A stretch of DNA of 63,931 bases, counting the filler, from Reclinomonas americana ATCC 50394 (Eukaryota), in assembly GCA_048213135.1 (NCBI GenBank). It is 11 parts of 11 records of this genome, joined end to end, with 100 filler letters (N's around TTAATTAATTAA, not from the genome) between each part and the next. Parts side by side here need not be neighbours in the genome. Positions count along the whole stretch, not along the records: positions 61,890 to 63,931 come from AFZH01017887.1; 10 more parts are not named here. One strand, given 5' to 3'. The notes beneath the pieces were generated by a model. It searched no databases, was not told the origin of the DNA, and saw nothing but the letters and a program-made list of their open reading frames with translations. Made by a program: the position numbers and the translations under genes. Position 1 is the stretch's first letter. The number at the start of each line of letters is the position of its first letter. Of this stretch, positions 62,749-63,931 are shown one piece after another.

Positions 62749-63931
62749 ATGAGTGAAGCTGCAATGGCCGGAGAGGCCACTGGCACCGCCGGAGTGGCGC
62801 CCATCAAACCCGAGTTGCGTCTCAACTCACGCACACGTTCACACACGCCATGTCACACTCACTCACACTGATGCACAACAGGTTCATTCTTGCTCGTCCT
62901 CCTCCGCCGCCACCGCCGCCAGTAGCAGCAGCAGCAGCACCAGTTGAAGCGACTGATGCAGCCAGTGGCAGTGGTGTATCAGTGCCGGTGGATCTCGGCG
63001 ATCAGGTGACGCTGGAGGGCACTGGCAAACGTGAACGAGCAGAGGTAAGTCTCTCTCTCTCTCTACTCTCTCACTGTGCATTGCATCCTGCTGAACGAAC
63101 GACTCGCCGCAGCAAGTGGAAGCAGAGCCGCGACGGAAGCGACAACGCGGCATGAATCGTGGAGCCGAGCGCCCGCGCAATCCAGTGCCGAAGGAGGTGC
63201 ATTACTTTGCTTGCCTTCCTTGTCCACGCACGTGCCTGAGTGAGTAATGTGCAGCGTACGCAAGGGCTGCCATCGGGTCGCCTGACCGAGTTCAACTGCT
63301 TCTCCAGCACGCTGCTGCGCGACTTGCGCAAGCGGCGCAATTTTCCGCGCACCAAGGCCGCCGAGAGACACGCTGCGGCCGCCATCAAGGTGCTGCTGCC
63401 GGCGTCTACAGTGGCCGCAGCGGCGGCGGCTGCTGCAGAGGCGGAGAATGCGGCAGAGGCGGCGGCGGCAGTGGTGGTGGCGACTGCGGGTGAGTCGTCG
63501 TCATCTTCGGCACCAGTTGTCGACGATCGCGAGGAAAAGGTGACTGTCGATGGTGATGGCGATGCCACCATGACGACGCCAACACCGCCGACTGCGGCTG
63601 CCCCGCTGCACGCCGGCGGAGGCGAGTACGTGGAGACGCGGCAGCTGGCGCGCGAGAAGAAGAAGGTGTCGTGAGCGCATGCGTACAGAGGAGACGAGTG
63701 GAGGGAAGTGTGAGCTGATGATGTCTGTCGTGTGTACAGCTGGATTTTAAGGACAAGCTGTATCTCGCCCCGCTGACCACCGTCGGTAATCTGCCATTCC
63801 GGTGCGTGTGCAAGCGACTCGGTGCCGATGTCACCATTGGTGAGATGGCCATGACACCAGAGTGCATGAAGGTGTGTGATTTCTTCTCTTCTGCGGGCCG
63901 TGAGTGCGAACGGTGAGGAGTGGTACTCACA
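62749..63931 (+). CDS. DUS3L: tRNA-dihydrouridine(47) synthase, 5' part
   Basis: [10 protein letters not shown]-terminus, RGMN, LRKR, and [36 protein letters not shown]. Confidence 0.9.

Noticed and set aside
1..63931. tRNA, rRNA or CRISPR features; alternative genetic code
   Set aside because: None recognised by eye. Conserved genes translate with the standard code, and apparent internal stops are explained by introns.

Overview
Window from a compact, GC-rich, intron-dense eukaryotic (protist-like) genome scaffold. Most introns are about 60-100 nt, and CA/GA microsatellites are common. Ten 100-nt N-spacers containing TTAATTAATTAA are assembly gaps, and several genes read through them. The six-frame ORFs are mostly exon fragments, so I rebuilt gene models by hand from GT/GC-AG introns; the boundaries are approximate. 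Housekeeping genes: WASHC3, mitochondrial MetAP, CNOT4, an Alr1/Mnr2-type CorA, a CEPT-type phosphotransferase, a PAQR, RPP14, TFIP11, an SV2/SVOP-like MFS, a PH protein, MOCS3, CNDP2, an RCC1-repeat protein, PCNA and DUS3L. The main unusual elements are: (1) a spliced type II membrane protein whose ectodomain resembles a phage/giant-virus tail fibre ending in an intact peptidase S74 self-cleaving chaperone; (2) a secreted protein with HAP2/GCS1 fusexin-like motif order but no membrane anchor; (3) a giant Pmp-like beta-helix/multi-TM receptor; (4) two intronless HET-E-like hypervariable WD40 paralogues sharing an F-box/SOCS-like tail; (5) a recurrent one-base-shifted 5' splice-site class (GTTGCGT). 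Family assignments rest on motif recognition from memory; no searches were run.
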